In this document: positions 38,355 through 50,446 of the stretch, one piece after another | Position numbering within the stretch: the stretch's first letter is position 1 | Layout of the letters: each line of letters begins with the position of its first letter | Virus record (IMG/VR): IMGVR_UViG_3300028048_001320 | DNA length: 64,000 bases | Strand: one strand, 5' to 3' | Source of the DNA: an uncultured virus (IMG/VR IMGVR_UViG_3300028048_001320) | Taxonomy: Duplodnaviria > Heunggongvirae > Uroviricota > Caudoviricetes | Program-made: the position numbers and the translations under genes | The notes under the pieces: generated by a model | Seen by the model: the letters and a program-made list of their open reading frames with translations, nothing else | Told to the model about the DNA's origin: nothing | The model's database searches: none

Positions 38355-41300
38355 TCTCTTTCTCCTTTTTTGACTCTATTAAAGTACCCATTCTCTCAAT
38401 ACGAAATCTGCTTGTTATTCCATAGTCGCAATTTTGACATGTAAAATCATAAGAAGATGGACATTTATTAACATTGTTTGGGCATCTAAAAAAAGGTAAT
38501 TCATCTATATTTATCAGCATTAATCTTCCTTTATGTTGCGGGAGCGGTGTGCCATCTGCAATTGATTTACATACCTCAGTAATTTGTGATAGATAATATT
38601 CATTACGTTTAATACAATCATATATGGCTTCATCTATATCAATTACCAGTTTCATCTTTCAACCTCTCTTTCAGAATATTCACCGCTTCAAAACACTTCG
38701 TTGCTGAGTCTGTATTAAAGCTGTCTAACCAGTCCTCTATCATTTCATCTATCATATGACTTAAAGTTTCATATTCATATGGTCTATTATACATGAAGTT
38801 TATATTTTTGTAATGTTCCAATATATCAGCTTTCGTCATCTTCCTCACCTCTATTTTTGTCCTTTCGACTAAACACTAAATATGAAATTATTGCAGTTAC
38901 AAGCAGAATTAATATGAAGCTAATGGTTAATATTATTGTCATCTTCTCCACCTCCATTTTAATTCTTTAAAAATTCTTTATCCGATTCAAATCTTTGCCA
39001 ACTAATTACAGTTACATCACTTGTACCAGGGTGTGACCGCTCCCATTCATATTTGAAAATCTCAAGTTCATCATAGCTCATTGCATCAGCTTCCCATATA
39101 TCTGAATCTAATAGATATGGAACATCTGCATCATTGTATCTGCGTTTATATGCTACAGATATAAAATATTTCGCCATAAATTTATACCTCATCAAATTCA
39201 ATTTTCACTCACTCATCAATACTATCGTATAGTTCATTTAGCATAGCCCCTAATTTTTCTGTTGCTCCAGCAGCTCTACAATATAGTCGTGCTTCTCGCG
39301 AGCCTATCCAATGTTTTACTAATCCTATTTCCGCAAGTGTATCATATATTTCTATATCACTTGACAACTCGTAGTCCCTAAGAGAATAATCTCCATAACG
39401 GTCATTCTCATCTGTGTCGAGCATGTCGCATAAAGCAGAGATTACGCTACTTGCTCTGAATTCTTTTCCATTAATCTCTACATATTTAATTGGTTCTAAT
39501 TTTTCATATATTTTCATTCTCTCCTCCGCTCATGTAAGCACCGCAGTTCGGACAATATTTACTCATTACAAATATCTTCCCTATTGGTTCACCATGCTCA
39601 TTAAAATCTATATGACTATTCTCGCCTTTACATCGTGAACAAACTATGCTTTCAGGAAAGTCCTCATCACCGCTTTGTATTTTTATCCACTTTCCCTTTG
39701 GTCTTTTTACTTCCTCAACCGCTAACTCCACCATCTTATCAACGTAAGCCTGCTCAACCGCTTGCGCCTTGTCAATTTCTTCATCGGTGTACTTAGGTTT
39801 TACGGGTTTGGCAGTCTCAATAATCTTTTTAAACCATCTATAATCATTAATTTCTTGAATTTCAGCATCGGAATCTGTCCAACACATGGGTTCGCTTCCT
39901 AATTCCTTAAGCACCGCTTGTCTGCTGATAGCATCCTCGCAAGGCTCATAGTCCTTGCATTCACCAATTGAATAACCTATAGAAGTTCCATTTTCATGTC
40001 CTTCTTTTCCGCAAGGGCATTTATTCCATTTCTTGCAATTTCTGCAATCCTCACTTTCTGTCAACCTATCTATTTTTTCAAGCATCATATAAAGAATTGC
40101 ATCTTTACTGATTATATTAAATAATGGATTGTCGCTTATATTTTTTATATCTTCCTTTAACTTGTTTGCTTCTTCTCTTGTCATTTTTCATCCTCCTTAT
40201 CCTAATCCTTGTATAAACAACCCTAAACTATAACCAAACAATAAACATAAATGTACCATTATAAAGCTATATGTATATCCTTCTAATGAATCAAATATGT
40301 ATTTAATCTTGATTCGTCTGGTTGCTTCTATAAAATCTTTAAGTGAAGCTATGAACCATATTATGTCTATGATGATTAACATCACAATCCATATATATTT
40401 CATTTTTTACTCTCCTTGTCACTGTCTGACTTGTATGGTGCATTTAACCAATTAATAAAGTCCTTATAACTAACAACCATTACTTCTTTATGGTCTGTTA
40501 AAACCGAACCTTTAATATGGCGGAATATTGCTTTTATCATATCTCCATTAGTTGGATTATTTGGAATAGTTAGTATAGGATTACAATTATAATTTATACT
40601 ACTATGAGCTTCTCCTAAATCCCCAGATTCATCAATTATTTTTAATACTTCTTTCTTATCTATTAATTCAATCATCTTCGTCATCCTTTCTGTACTTATA
40701 GCGATTTAATATTCATACAGTGAGATTACTTTTTCTATTGTATTATCATCTTTGTCATAAATCTCTTCTTCATAACAGCCCAATATTTCATTTTGTTCTG
40801 ATGTATCACATGCTCCATGTGCATATAACAATACTCGCTGATTTTCATCATACTTTTCTAATTCTTTAATCAATTCTCCTACTGTCATTCTCTTCCTCCT
40901 TACATAATTTAATAAAATCATCTTTCGCTTTTTCCTTTATTTCATTTGCAAGAAATCCTAACTCATGTGTATAGACAGGTCGTCCCATTAATTCTTCAAC
41001 ATACTTGTGGAATATATTAAATTTATCTTCTGTTAACATACACACTCCCGTAAATGCCATTACTATTGCTTTTTCTCTATTCGTCATTTTTTTCTCACTT
41101 TCCTGTAGCTCAACCATTTTAAATTTCTTTGTTTTTACCCTTTATAAAATTTAAATTTTGTCTTATATTATCTGCCAATGTTTTATCTGTAATCATATAT
41201 AATTTATCATCTTCGCATGCATCATTCCCTACGATACAAAAATCATATTGCGGCAGCGCTGTTTGAATTGCATATTTCATATGACGATTACATATAAAAA

Positions 41301-41409
41301 CAGCTTCCTCAATTTGCTTTTTAAACTCTAATTCTTTAATGCGCTCAGCTTCTTCTAGTTGCGCTATTACTTCGCATGCTCTTTCTATATCATAAATCGT
41401 ATTTTCCAT
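38347..41409 (-). other. Array of translationally coupled small accessory ORFs (38347-38655, 38639-38848, 38959-39201, 39209-39517, 39504-40184, 40197-40403, 40400-40684, 40706-40888, 40866-41117, 41119-41409)
   Basis: Overlapping stop/start junctions with SD sequences; 39504-40184 has DAISRQAVL and Zn-ribbon modules. Confidence 0.65.
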
Positions 41410-41495
41410 TGTCTTATTCCCCTTATATTTTTCTCTATATAAATATTATAACAAAAAATTTAAAAAAAATAAAGGGATAGCATATAGCTATCCCC

Positions 41496-41726
41496 TTAAA
41501 AATCGCTTGCCCGCATATCTTCTTCTGTTTTTTCTTCATGAACATAACAATTTGTATCATCAACCCATTTAATGTCAATTCTACTAACTTCATCTTCACC
41601 ATACATCTTTATAAGATATTCCATAGCTTCTGCAAAAGTACAACCAAAGACATAACCTTCACTAATATTTTCTGTATTATTACTATCGCAATACCACATT
41701 ATTCGATACCAGTATTTATTAATCAT
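41496..41726 (-). CDS. Hypothetical protein
   Basis: Coupled to the HAD gene. Confidence 0.55.
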   Translation of the reverse strand: MINKYWYRIMWYCDSNNTENISEGYVFGCTFAEAMEYLIKMYGEDEVSRIDIKWVDDTNCYVHEEKTEEDMRASDF

Positions 41727-42244
41727 GTGTTATCACCTTTCCATTCATATTTATCATTATTTAATATTTCTATAGCTTCTTTAGTATCTTCATCGGTCAA
41801 TCCTGTTTTGCAATCAACCCAAATCCAGCGTTTCAAAATAGCATCTCCATATTTGTAAAAATCATCAAAATAATGGTCATCTAAAACTACCCAAGCAGTT
41901 ATATTTGTATGAGTGTTTAACCAATTCATAATACCTTCGCCGCGGTTATAGTTTCTATCTATTGTTTTATCATAGACTTTCAACCCTTGCTTGCGCAGTT
42001 TATTTGATAAATATTTAGCATCTTGATGAGTTTGTTTATATGCGCCAGGCATAAAATTCTCTTTCCATGTAGATGTTAATACTATTTCTGCATTTGTTTC
42101 TTGTATAATTTTTGCTAACTTCCGCACCAATACAGTATCTATTCCAACCCATCCATTACAATTAGATACAGAAGTAGCACAATTTAATACATTATCTATA
42201 TCCAAAAAAACAATTTTCAATAATTTCACCGCCTTTATAGCCAA
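41723..42244 (-). CDS. HAD-family phosphatase (Swiss Army Knife RNA-repair-like HAD)
   Basis: FLDIDNVLN, IVLTSTW, RGEGI, WVVLDD, GLT. Confidence 0.8.
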   Translation of the reverse strand: MAIKAVKLLKIVFLDIDNVLNCATSVSNCNGWVGIDTVLVRKLAKIIQETNAEIVLTSTWKENFMPGAYKQTHQDAKYLSNKLRKQGLKVYDKTIDRNYNRGEGIMNWLNTHTNITAWVVLDDHYFDDFYKYGDAILKRWIWVDCKTGLTDEDTKEAIEILNNDKYEWKGDNT

Positions 42245-42456
42245 TGCTCTTCTATATAATTTATATCCTGGTCAGTTATATCTTCAATACCGCGATTTTT
42301 ACATACTGCAATAAACATAGCTGCGGGAACAACTTCACCAGCATATCCCATATCACGTAAATCCTTGCCTATTGCGTTCAATTTTGTTTCGCGGGTATCG
42401 ACTAATTCGTCATGACCTTCAGCTTCCGCCATATATAAAAAATAATCTAATCTCAT
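42235..42456 (-). CDS. Hypothetical protein
   Basis: GAGGTG RBS. Confidence 0.55.
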   Translation of the reverse strand: MRLDYFLYMAEAEGHDELVDTRETKLNAIGKDLRDMGYAGEVVPAAMFIAVCKNRGIEDITDQDINYIEEHWL

Positions 42457-42467
42457 ATTCTCACCTC

Positions 42468-42845
42468 TTAATAATCTAAATAATAAACAAGTCTTATCTG
42501 GTCCAAAGATGAATATACTTCAGCAAGTTCTATAATAGTTTCAACTTTATTACTCAGTCCTGCCATATGTGCAACGCCTTTACTTGCAAGATATTTAAGA
42601 GTAGCAAGATGAACAGCTCTCCAATTAGGAGCATCATAATCATCTTCATAAAAACCAAGAGTATCGCTAAGAGCGGTTGCATCACTTGACTCAAGAATAT
42701 AACAATACTCCTGTAAATAGTCATAAGTATCTCTTCCGCTAATCCAAATGTCAACGAGTTTATTATCTTCCTTATAAAGTGGTACATTTTCCCAAGTACC
42801 TTTACCTGTCATATATTGAACTACACCTATCATTTCTTGACTCAT
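42468..42845 (-). CDS. Hypothetical protein
   Basis: RBS and promoter. Confidence 0.55.
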   Translation of the reverse strand: MSQEMIGVVQYMTGKGTWENVPLYKEDNKLVDIWISGRDTYDYLQEYCYILESSDATALSDTLGFYEDDYDAPNWRAVHLATLKYLASKGVAHMAGLSNKVETIIELAEVYSSLDQIRLVYYLDY

Positions 42846-42900
42846 AAAAACACCTCTTTCTTATTTTTTCTATATATATTATAACAAAAATTTTATAAAA

Positions 42901-43419
42901 TTACCAATTTTGTTTAACAACAAGCTGCTTTCCGCCACAGACCCCGCATTTACAAGAGCTAATGTTGTTAAGAGTTTTACATTTGCGGGAGTAGGTACCT
43001 ATTAGTTTACAGCAATCTACACACCATACCTCATATTTAGATTTTGTATTCTCTTCGCGGAAGCCCTCTACATGCTGACTAGCTTTACTATGTGTACATC
43101 CTATTGCCGCACACTTATTCTTAAATACTGCATCATGATGATGATTTACTGTGGGGTCTTCTGTTACTAAAAAGTAATGTACATATTCATGCTTAATTAC
43201 CTGAAGAATATCTTCATCACTTGCATTTTCAATAAGATTACGTGAGAACTCAATACGGTTAGGAATATATACACCATCTATTACATCATATACTACTCTA
43301 CCCATCGCGCGAGTCAGTCTACCATTTATAGATACGGGTACATCAAGTATAATATGGTCTGCCGCACATAGCTTCTGAAGTTCTCCTATTATTCTATCTA
43401 TTGTCCACATAATCATCAT
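42901..43419 (-). CDS. SprT-like zinc metalloprotease
   Basis: NGRLTRAMG, HEYVH, HDAVFK, C-terminal CxxC..CxxC. Confidence 0.85.
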   Translation of the reverse strand: MMIMWTIDRIIGELQKLCAADHIILDVPVSINGRLTRAMGRVVYDVIDGVYIPNRIEFSRNLIENASDEDILQVIKHEYVHYFLVTEDPTVNHHHDAVFKNKCAAIGCTHSKASQHVEGFREENTKSKYEVWCVDCCKLIGTYSRKCKTLNNISSCKCGVCGGKQLVVKQNW

Positions 43420-43426
43420 CTCCTAT

Positions 43427-43657
43427 CTAATCATGCATAATCAAGTCAAAATCATCAACATGATAATCTGTTTTTATCCATTCCGCAGGGTATCCTGTCG
43501 TTTCTGTTATATCCCACTCTTTATAAACTTCATTAAGGCGTGTTTCGTAAGTAACGCCTGTCTTATGTAATTTAGTTTCCATAGCTCCCATTGTTGTAAA
43601 AGCAGCGATTATATCTCCATGCGGTGTTGTTATAATTATTTTATATAACTTATCCAT
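43427..43657 (-). CDS. Hypothetical protein
   Basis: RBS and promoter. Confidence 0.55.
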   Translation of the reverse strand: MDKLYKIIITTPHGDIIAAFTTMGAMETKLHKTGVTYETRLNEVYKEWDITETTGYPAEWIKTDYHVDDFDLIMHD

Positions 43658-43756
43658 AACTATACCTCTCTTTATCTTTCTATATATATTATAACAAAAA
43701 TTTTTAAAAAAATAAAGCGAGACTTATGACGTCATAAGCCTCGCTTCCCGCACTTC

Positions 43757-46314
43757 TTATAATATTAATACACTTAATAAAATGATTAATCCAAGCCATT
43801 CAATTAATACAAAAATAGCAAGAAATATAAGTGAATTTTCTTCTTCTCTATCTTGTTCAATTCCCATTCCAAATAATATAGGAATAAGTACAAGCACAGC
43901 TGAAACAAAAATCACTCCTATTAGAATAAAAAATGTTGTAACTGCTGTTGCCATCTTTACTTCTCACTTTCTGGTTCGTTTACTATTTCTATCAATTTAC
44001 CATCATCAAATTTACAAAGACGTCCATTTTTAGAATAATAAGGGGTATATACATGATAAGTATAAAGACCTTTGTCTCCAGTATCAATAGCATTATCTAT
44101 GTATACAATTTTAGTTTTGTCATCTACTATAAGATTAAAATCTGAATACTCTATTGAATTTTCTACGGGGGTGTTATATGCGGTATCACATCCTGATAAA
44201 AGGAAAGCGCATGATAACAACAGAATACCACTTATAAATATTTTTCTCATTATTTATTCTTAACCTCCTTATCATTTGTAATAGCCTTCAAAACTCCAAT
44301 AATACCAAGTACGATTACTATTATTGGTGCAAGCGCTGGAACTGCACAACTTATATAAATCAATATGCAAAGTAATGAGAATGCTACTATATCTTTTATT
44401 ATTTTATTCATTTTGTATCCTCACTTTCTATTCTATACTCACAATCCTTTGGGAAATCTCCATTACACGGACAAGATATATGCCCTCCCCCATAGTAAGC
44501 TACACAATCTGCACATTCCGGCGGAGCATACGCAATCGCCCTTAATATGGATAGCATTTCTCTTTGTCTTGTATTTAAACCCGTATCATTCTGAGTCATT
44601 TCTCTTCCTCACTTTCTACATTCAGGAACTACCCAAAATTCGTGAAATTCTCCCTTCGGATAGTCCTCACCGTCCCAGAAAGAAATACCAAAATCTCCCG
44701 CACCGTCACAATAAAACGGTTCAATAAAGATTATATTCCCTTCAACCTCAAATTTAACTCCAAGTTCTTTTAGAAGTTTAATTACTTTATCTTGATCTGT
44801 CATTCCGCATCCTCCTTATCCCAATCCTTTTATAAATAACCCTAAACTATAGCTGAATAATAAACATAAATTAAAGAATATAAAGCCAACTGTATATGCT
44901 TCTAATGAATCCAATATGTATTTGATTTTGTATTGCTTGGCTGTTTCTATAAAATCTTTAAGTGAAAATACGAACCATATTAGTTCCACTATGATTAACA
45001 TCACAATCCATATGTATTTCATTCTTTACTCTCCTTATCACTTTCCTTGTACCTATCAATAATCTCAACAGCTCTCTCTAATCCATATCTGAAATCGTCA
45101 TCCGGCAACTCATCTGGTTCTACGTATAATATATCCTCTTTGTATCTGTCAAAGTCTGCATATGCATACTCGGCTTCATCCAATATCTCCGCTCTTATTT
45201 TCTCAATCATGTTGATGCTATTCTTCTTGTATTCTCTTAGCTCATCAAGCTCGGCACACATATGATTAAATTGCCTTAATAAGATAGTTACTGTCTGGTT
45301 ATCTTCTGCCATTTATTCATCCTCACTTTCTACAAACATATCTATTTTTTCAAGCACTATTTCAAGAATTGTATCTTTGCTAACCATATTAAATAATGGA
45401 TTGTCGCTTATGCTTTTTATATCTTCCTTTAACTTGTTTGCTTCTTGTATTGTCATTCCTCTTCCTCGCTTTCTACCTTAATAGAATAGTCTTGTGTATT
45501 TCCATCTGCAAAACACAAGCATATTTCGTCATCATCGACATCTATGGAATAGATATCCTTTGCCATTAAATATATATCTTTGTCACTTGCTTGCTTACAT
45601 AGCAAAGCTATCACTTCTCCTACTGTCATGCTTCCTGTCATGCTTCATCCTCGCTTTCTGCTACACTGCCATCCCACCATATCTTTTTTGATTTAAGACC
45701 ACAGGAATATTCTTCTTCTTCTCTCCAACGACCTTCACTAGTCGCATTTATGACCACTGCATTCGTTGATTGTGCTTCAAATGGCGTAAAATTCCACCAA
45801 TTTTCAAGCTCGGTATAGCATGATTCACACAAATCTTTTGGTTCATCAAGATATGGGTCGCCATCATCATGTACAAATTCCGCAATGCCATATAACTCTG
45901 ACTTTTTATGATTCCACTTTTCAAATTCCTTTTTACATCTATCACAATACATTACAATTTTACGCATACTTACTCCTCACTTTCTGGTTTGTATGGTTCG
46001 GGTAGCGGCATCCATGCAACAACATCGTTATTGAATCCAAAATGTGGATTGTAACAAGTAAAAGATGTTGAATATGTATACTCTGGTAAATCTTCAAATA
46101 AATCGTTGTCATGATGTCCCCACCGTTTAATTGTTACCAATACAATTTCATTTGGTTTCGGTAATTGTCCGCTACTAACAAAAATCCAACGCTGTGATTC
46201 AAGAGCTTGAACCATTACTTTTAATGAATCCAAATACTCATTTCCCTCTATATCTTTATCGAGAGCTAAATATTCTTTTATAACATTTACCGCATTTTGA
46301 ACTTCATTCGTCAT
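43757..46314 (-). other. Second array of coupled small accessory ORFs (43757-43954, 43957-44250 lipoprotein-like, 44408-44599, 44609-44803, 44816-45022, 45019-45312, 45313-45456, 45453-45641, 45638-45967, 45970-46314 DUF551-like)
   Basis: LLSGC lipobox; VVAWMPLPEPY motif; junctions share AGAAAG(T/C)GAGG. Confidence 0.65.
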
Positions 46315-46855
46315 TCCTGCACCTTCTTATCCTCTCTATACATATGTTTATCAATGGTTTTTGACATTTCTCTAGCTCTAAGGATACCAACAATGTATCC
46401 AACCATAAATCCTATGAACAATCCTACTAATGACATTGACGTTATAAGTAGTAACTCAGCTATCATATCTATTCTCCTCTTTTTTATTTCTTCATATAAT
46501 AATTATAGCAAAATTTTTAATAAAATACAAAAAATGGCGGGGGTGAGGTTAAAGATGCGGTTAACAAGCTTTATGACGTCATAAGGCGCCAATCCCGCAT
46601 AAATAGCAAAAAGTGTTAAAAAGAAGGGGCGAGATAATTAGGGGAATATTTCGATTTTACGGGGTGTTTGGACGAGAATGTTTAATTTATAGGGGAGATT
46701 ATATGAGGAATTGAATTAATGGTGATTTTTATTGGGGGTAGAGTAAATATTTTTTTATCGGGGGAGGACAATTTATTTAAATTTATTAGGGGGTATTTTT
46801 ATATAAAGAAAAGGAGGAAATATCTGCTTGAATTCCCGCAGATATTTAAGACCGC

Positions 46856-47641
46856 ATGACAAGAAAAGAATTATGTGATAAATATGATGTTCCTGAACAG
46901 TCTTTAAAAAATAATTTTGGTCGAGTGAAAGCTTCTTTATTAAGAAGATATAATATAATTTTAACTAAAACTGGAAGAGGAGATAATGTTGATTATCAAG
47001 TTGAATTTGGTGGAGATAAAAGAGCTTTAACTATGATGAAAGAGCAAAAAAGAGAAGTAATGATAAATGAAAAAAGCTTTTCTACATTACTTGACTTTAA
47101 TTTTATGGTGTTTTTAGCTATTTGTACTACTCCAATGGGTACTTTTTATGGTAGTTATGACGATTTCCTTGATTATGTAGAGATTAAACGGTCAAAATAT
47201 AATATTACCAACCTCAAAAACGCTCTTTCAGCGCTTGCCGCAGCTCATTATATTAAATATGAAGAAGATGAAACTAATTCAGAGTATTTTAACGCTTATT
47301 TGTTTTACGAAACACGTCAGAATATGGCAATCAGTTTAGATATGGCTGAAAGATGTCAAAAACTAGCTGATAAATATAATAAAAGGTCATGGATTCCGCT
47401 TTTAAAGACTTGGATTGGTGTACAATATATGTATGATAAACAGCCTTTTACTATGCAGGAATTATGTAGTATAACTGGATTATCTGAATATCAGTTGAGA
47501 GAGAGTAAGAAGATACTTGAGAAGGACGAATTATTTGTTACTTCTAAGGCATATATAAGTTATGATAGATGTATAGGTAGTAATGTAGAATTAAATGGTA
47601 TTTATGAGGAGAATAGGAAAATTGCAGAAAAATTAATTTGA
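46856..47641 (+). CDS. HTH DNA-binding protein, candidate replication initiator or regulator
   Basis: Only convincing plus-strand gene; HTH-like ends MTRKELCDKYDV and TMQELCSITGLSEYQLRES; flanked by long non-coding hairpin DNA. Confidence 0.55.
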   Translation: MTRKELCDKYDVPEQSLKNNFGRVKASLLRRYNIILTKTGRGDNVDYQVEFGGDKRALTMMKEQKREVMINEKSFSTLLDFNFMVFLAICTTPMGTFYGSYDDFLDYVEIKRSKYNITNLKNALSALAAAHYIKYEEDETNSEYFNAYLFYETRQNMAISLDMAERCQKLADKYNKRSWIPLLKTWIGVQYMYDKQPFTMQELCSITGLSEYQLRESKKILEKDELFVTSKAYISYDRCIGSNVELNGIYEENRKIAEKLI

Positions 47642-48548
47642 GTTCCCCATTTTTATGTAGAAGTCTTAAGGAATAATAATATAATATATTCCTTAAGAAA
47701 ACTTCAAGGAAATGGGGAACTCGAAAAGGATTTCTTGCAAATTGCAGGATAATTATATATTGGTGCAGAGATAATAGCAAGTTGTCGCGATTAATATATA
47801 TTTTCAACAAAAAGATAATAAATTGGTGTAAATGTCGTAAATATGGATAACTCTGGGGTTGAGGTGGCCCACCGACTGCCATCCACTACTAATTTTAATA
47901 ACGTTCGCTAACAATCATAATAAGATTTCTGAATTTTGCACGAAGTGCAAAATGAAGAAATCGGGTTTCTGCTGCGAAGCAGCTGAAACCCCTCCTGTTT
48001 CCGCATTTGACTTTTTATAAAATTTATTATATAATAAAGAAAAAGGCTCTTTATTTTTATAAAAATAAACATTCTTCTATTATATATATTATAATATATT
48101 TTTTTAAATATTACAACAACTATATTTCAGGAGCCTATGCGCGTAATAGTGCGCGCGAAGTGTGAACTAAACAACTGGAGCGGCCCTTAGAATCCCATGT
48201 GCGGTCGGGCGCGCCCCGCTCCCAAGTTCAAATAACCAAATAACCACGCGATATGAGCATATGGGTGCGGGAAGGCGGTCAAAGTATGTATTTGAGCTTG
48301 GGTAGCGCGCAGTTAACCATAATAATATTATGTAAACTTGTTGTCTTTTGTACAAAATGTACAATAATTTTGGGATTTGACATAAAAAATTTGTATAATA
48401 TTTTCTGAAAAAAATTTGACAATAAGTGGATTTTATGGTAGAATCGGGGCTGCACTGAACGTGCGCGCCCCGGTTTTTTGTCAATATGTAAAAATATACA
48501 AAAATTTAGCGCGAATTTGCAATTTTTTTAGCAAATTCGCGCATTTTT

Positions 48549-48929
48549 TCACTTTTTAGGGCGATGTTTTGTTAATTTTAACGTATATTCCGCATTTTCT
48601 AGCGAAAAACTTAACTCTGTTTCAGTTTTTACCGCAAAATTTACACAATCTGTGCTATTTTCGAGTGCTTTTTGCACAATTTCAAGCAAAAACCGCTTGG
48701 TTTCATCTACTTTTCTTTCTTTTGTAGACTTTTTGCGGGCATCTCCGCTCTTTTCATAACGTCTCTTGCCCTTGGCTGTCTTATCGAGGGCATTCTGTTC
48801 CTCATTTTCAATTTTATCATTATCCGCAAGCCATGTCTCACAAGCCTCTGCAAGTGAAATATCAAGGTTCTCCATTAACTTATCAATTTCCGCATCTGGG
48901 ATATTATAGCCATTATACTTCATACTCAT
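48549..48929 (-). CDS. Hypothetical phage protein (paralog of 49252-49629)
   Basis: EIDKLMENLDISLAEAC, RRYEKS, KERKVDE, AVKTETE, KLTKHR. Confidence 0.7.
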   Translation of the reverse strand: MSMKYNGYNIPDAEIDKLMENLDISLAEACETWLADNDKIENEEQNALDKTAKGKRRYEKSGDARKKSTKERKVDETKRFLLEIVQKALENSTDCVNFAVKTETELSFSLENAEYTLKLTKHRPKK

Positions 48930-49059
48930 TACCTCTCTTTCTTTTGTAACTAAATTATACTACATTTAGCACTATTTGTCAAGATTTTTTTCGCATGATT
49001 ATTTTTCCGAGAATAGACAAAAATTGCCGAATTTGACTCTCTTATTGCCTTTTGTGGTA

Positions 49060-49180
49060 ATAAAAAAAGAAAGAACCCGCGACAAAGAACGGAAAATTTG
49101 CCGCGGGTAGGAGGGGACACGAACCTTGAAATCAAGGGCGTGTTGAACGACGAGAAGATGTTTTATTTCTCATCTTCTAA
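49060..49180 (-). ncRNA. Small RNA with own promoter, CCCCTCCT segment and terminator
   Basis: TTGACA-N17-TATAAT at 49213-49185; hairpins; ACCCGCGGCAAA/TTTGTCGCGGGT plus T-run. Confidence 0.55.
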
Positions 49181-49251
49181 ATATATTATATCAAAAATTT
49201 TTTGAATTGTCAAGAAAAATTTTTGACCGGGCGCCAAATTCACAGACCGCC

Positions 49252-49629
49252 TTATTTCTTCGGCGGTCTGTGTTTAGTCAGTTTAAATGTGTAAGCGTTT
49301 TCGCCGTACTGAAAACTAACTTCGGTTTCAGTTTTTACTGCGATTGCGCTTGCGCCCAACTTTTCAAGAACGTCTTTTACGCATCCGAGAAGATACCCTT
49401 TCTCTTCATCAACTTTTCTTTCTTTTGTGGTTGCCTTGCGTGTTCTATCGCTTTTCTCATATCTGCGTTGTGGCTTAATTGATTCTATCGCTTTTGTAGT
49501 TTCTTCAGATTCCTCAAGTTTACCACTCTCCTCAAGTATCAATTCACACGCTTCCGCAATAGTACAATCGAGTTTTTCAGTGTACTCATCAATTTTTTTG
49601 TCATCAACTTCAAAACCTTTATACTTCAT
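49252..49629 (-). CDS. Hypothetical phage protein (paralog of 48549-48929)
   Basis: Same motifs. Confidence 0.7.
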   Translation of the reverse strand: MKYKGFEVDDKKIDEYTEKLDCTIAEACELILEESGKLEESEETTKAIESIKPQRRYEKSDRTRKATTKERKVDEEKGYLLGCVKDVLEKLGASAIAVKTETEVSFQYGENAYTFKLTKHRPPKK

Positions 49630-49684
49630 TTAATCACTTCCTTTCTCTATTGTACTTTGATTATATCACAAAGGGTTGAGGTTG

Positions 49685-50389
49685 TCAACCCTTTGCATAC
49701 AATTCCTTTCTCATTTTTTGATGTTTTGAAAAGCAATAAGCTAAAATTTCTTTTTCAATTAACACATCTTCAAGTCCTGTGTGAGATTCCGTAAAATTAA
49801 GGTCTCCAGTAATATATTTGTAAAGGACTTCCGCTTTTACTTGCGGTCTTGGTGTTTTATGCTTTGTCATAAAACCGTTTTCTTCACAAAATCTTTTATA
49901 AGTTGGAGTTTTTGCGACAACATCAAGTGCCATCTTCATTGTATCCCAAACTTCTGTGCCATAAGGCAAGAAGTTTCTATATTTTGATTTTGTCAACCAT
50001 CTCTGTGTATTTTTTGTTGCTCCATCATCAAACCTTGCATTGTGGGCGCATATTGTTTTCGTGTCGTATTTCTTCATTGTGTCGGCGAGGTCTTTTCTAA
50101 TTGTATACCACGTTGCGACTTTCCGCTTTCCGCTTTTTATATCTTCCCAATATTTAGGAATTTTATCGCTATAATAAGCACTATTCATTAAAGCCTTTTC
50201 ATCCATAAAGATGTCACGATTTATATAGGACTTTGTTTCATAAACATTACCCTTTTTGTCAACAACTGCCCATCCAATGTCATATACAAACATATTGAAG
50301 GGCGAGACACCCTCAAAATCTTTATCGAGTGGACAAGTCTCAGTATCAAGCACAATGATGTAATGCTTTCTTTTGTCAATTTTAACCAT
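49685..50389 (-). CDS. DEDDh 3'-5' exonuclease
   Basis: LDTET, AHNARFD, DTM, HTGLED. Confidence 0.88.
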   Translation of the reverse strand: MVKIDKRKHYIIVLDTETCPLDKDFEGVSPFNMFVYDIGWAVVDKKGNVYETKSYINRDIFMDEKALMNSAYYSDKIPKYWEDIKSGKRKVATWYTIRKDLADTMKKYDTKTICAHNARFDDGATKNTQRWLTKSKYRNFLPYGTEVWDTMKMALDVVAKTPTYKRFCEENGFMTKHKTPRPQVKAEVLYKYITGDLNFTESHTGLEDVLIEKEILAYCFSKHQKMRKELYAKG

Positions 50390-50446
50390 TAATTTATACA
50401 CCTCTTTCATTTGATAAACTTATTATAGCACTTTTAAAAGAATTTG

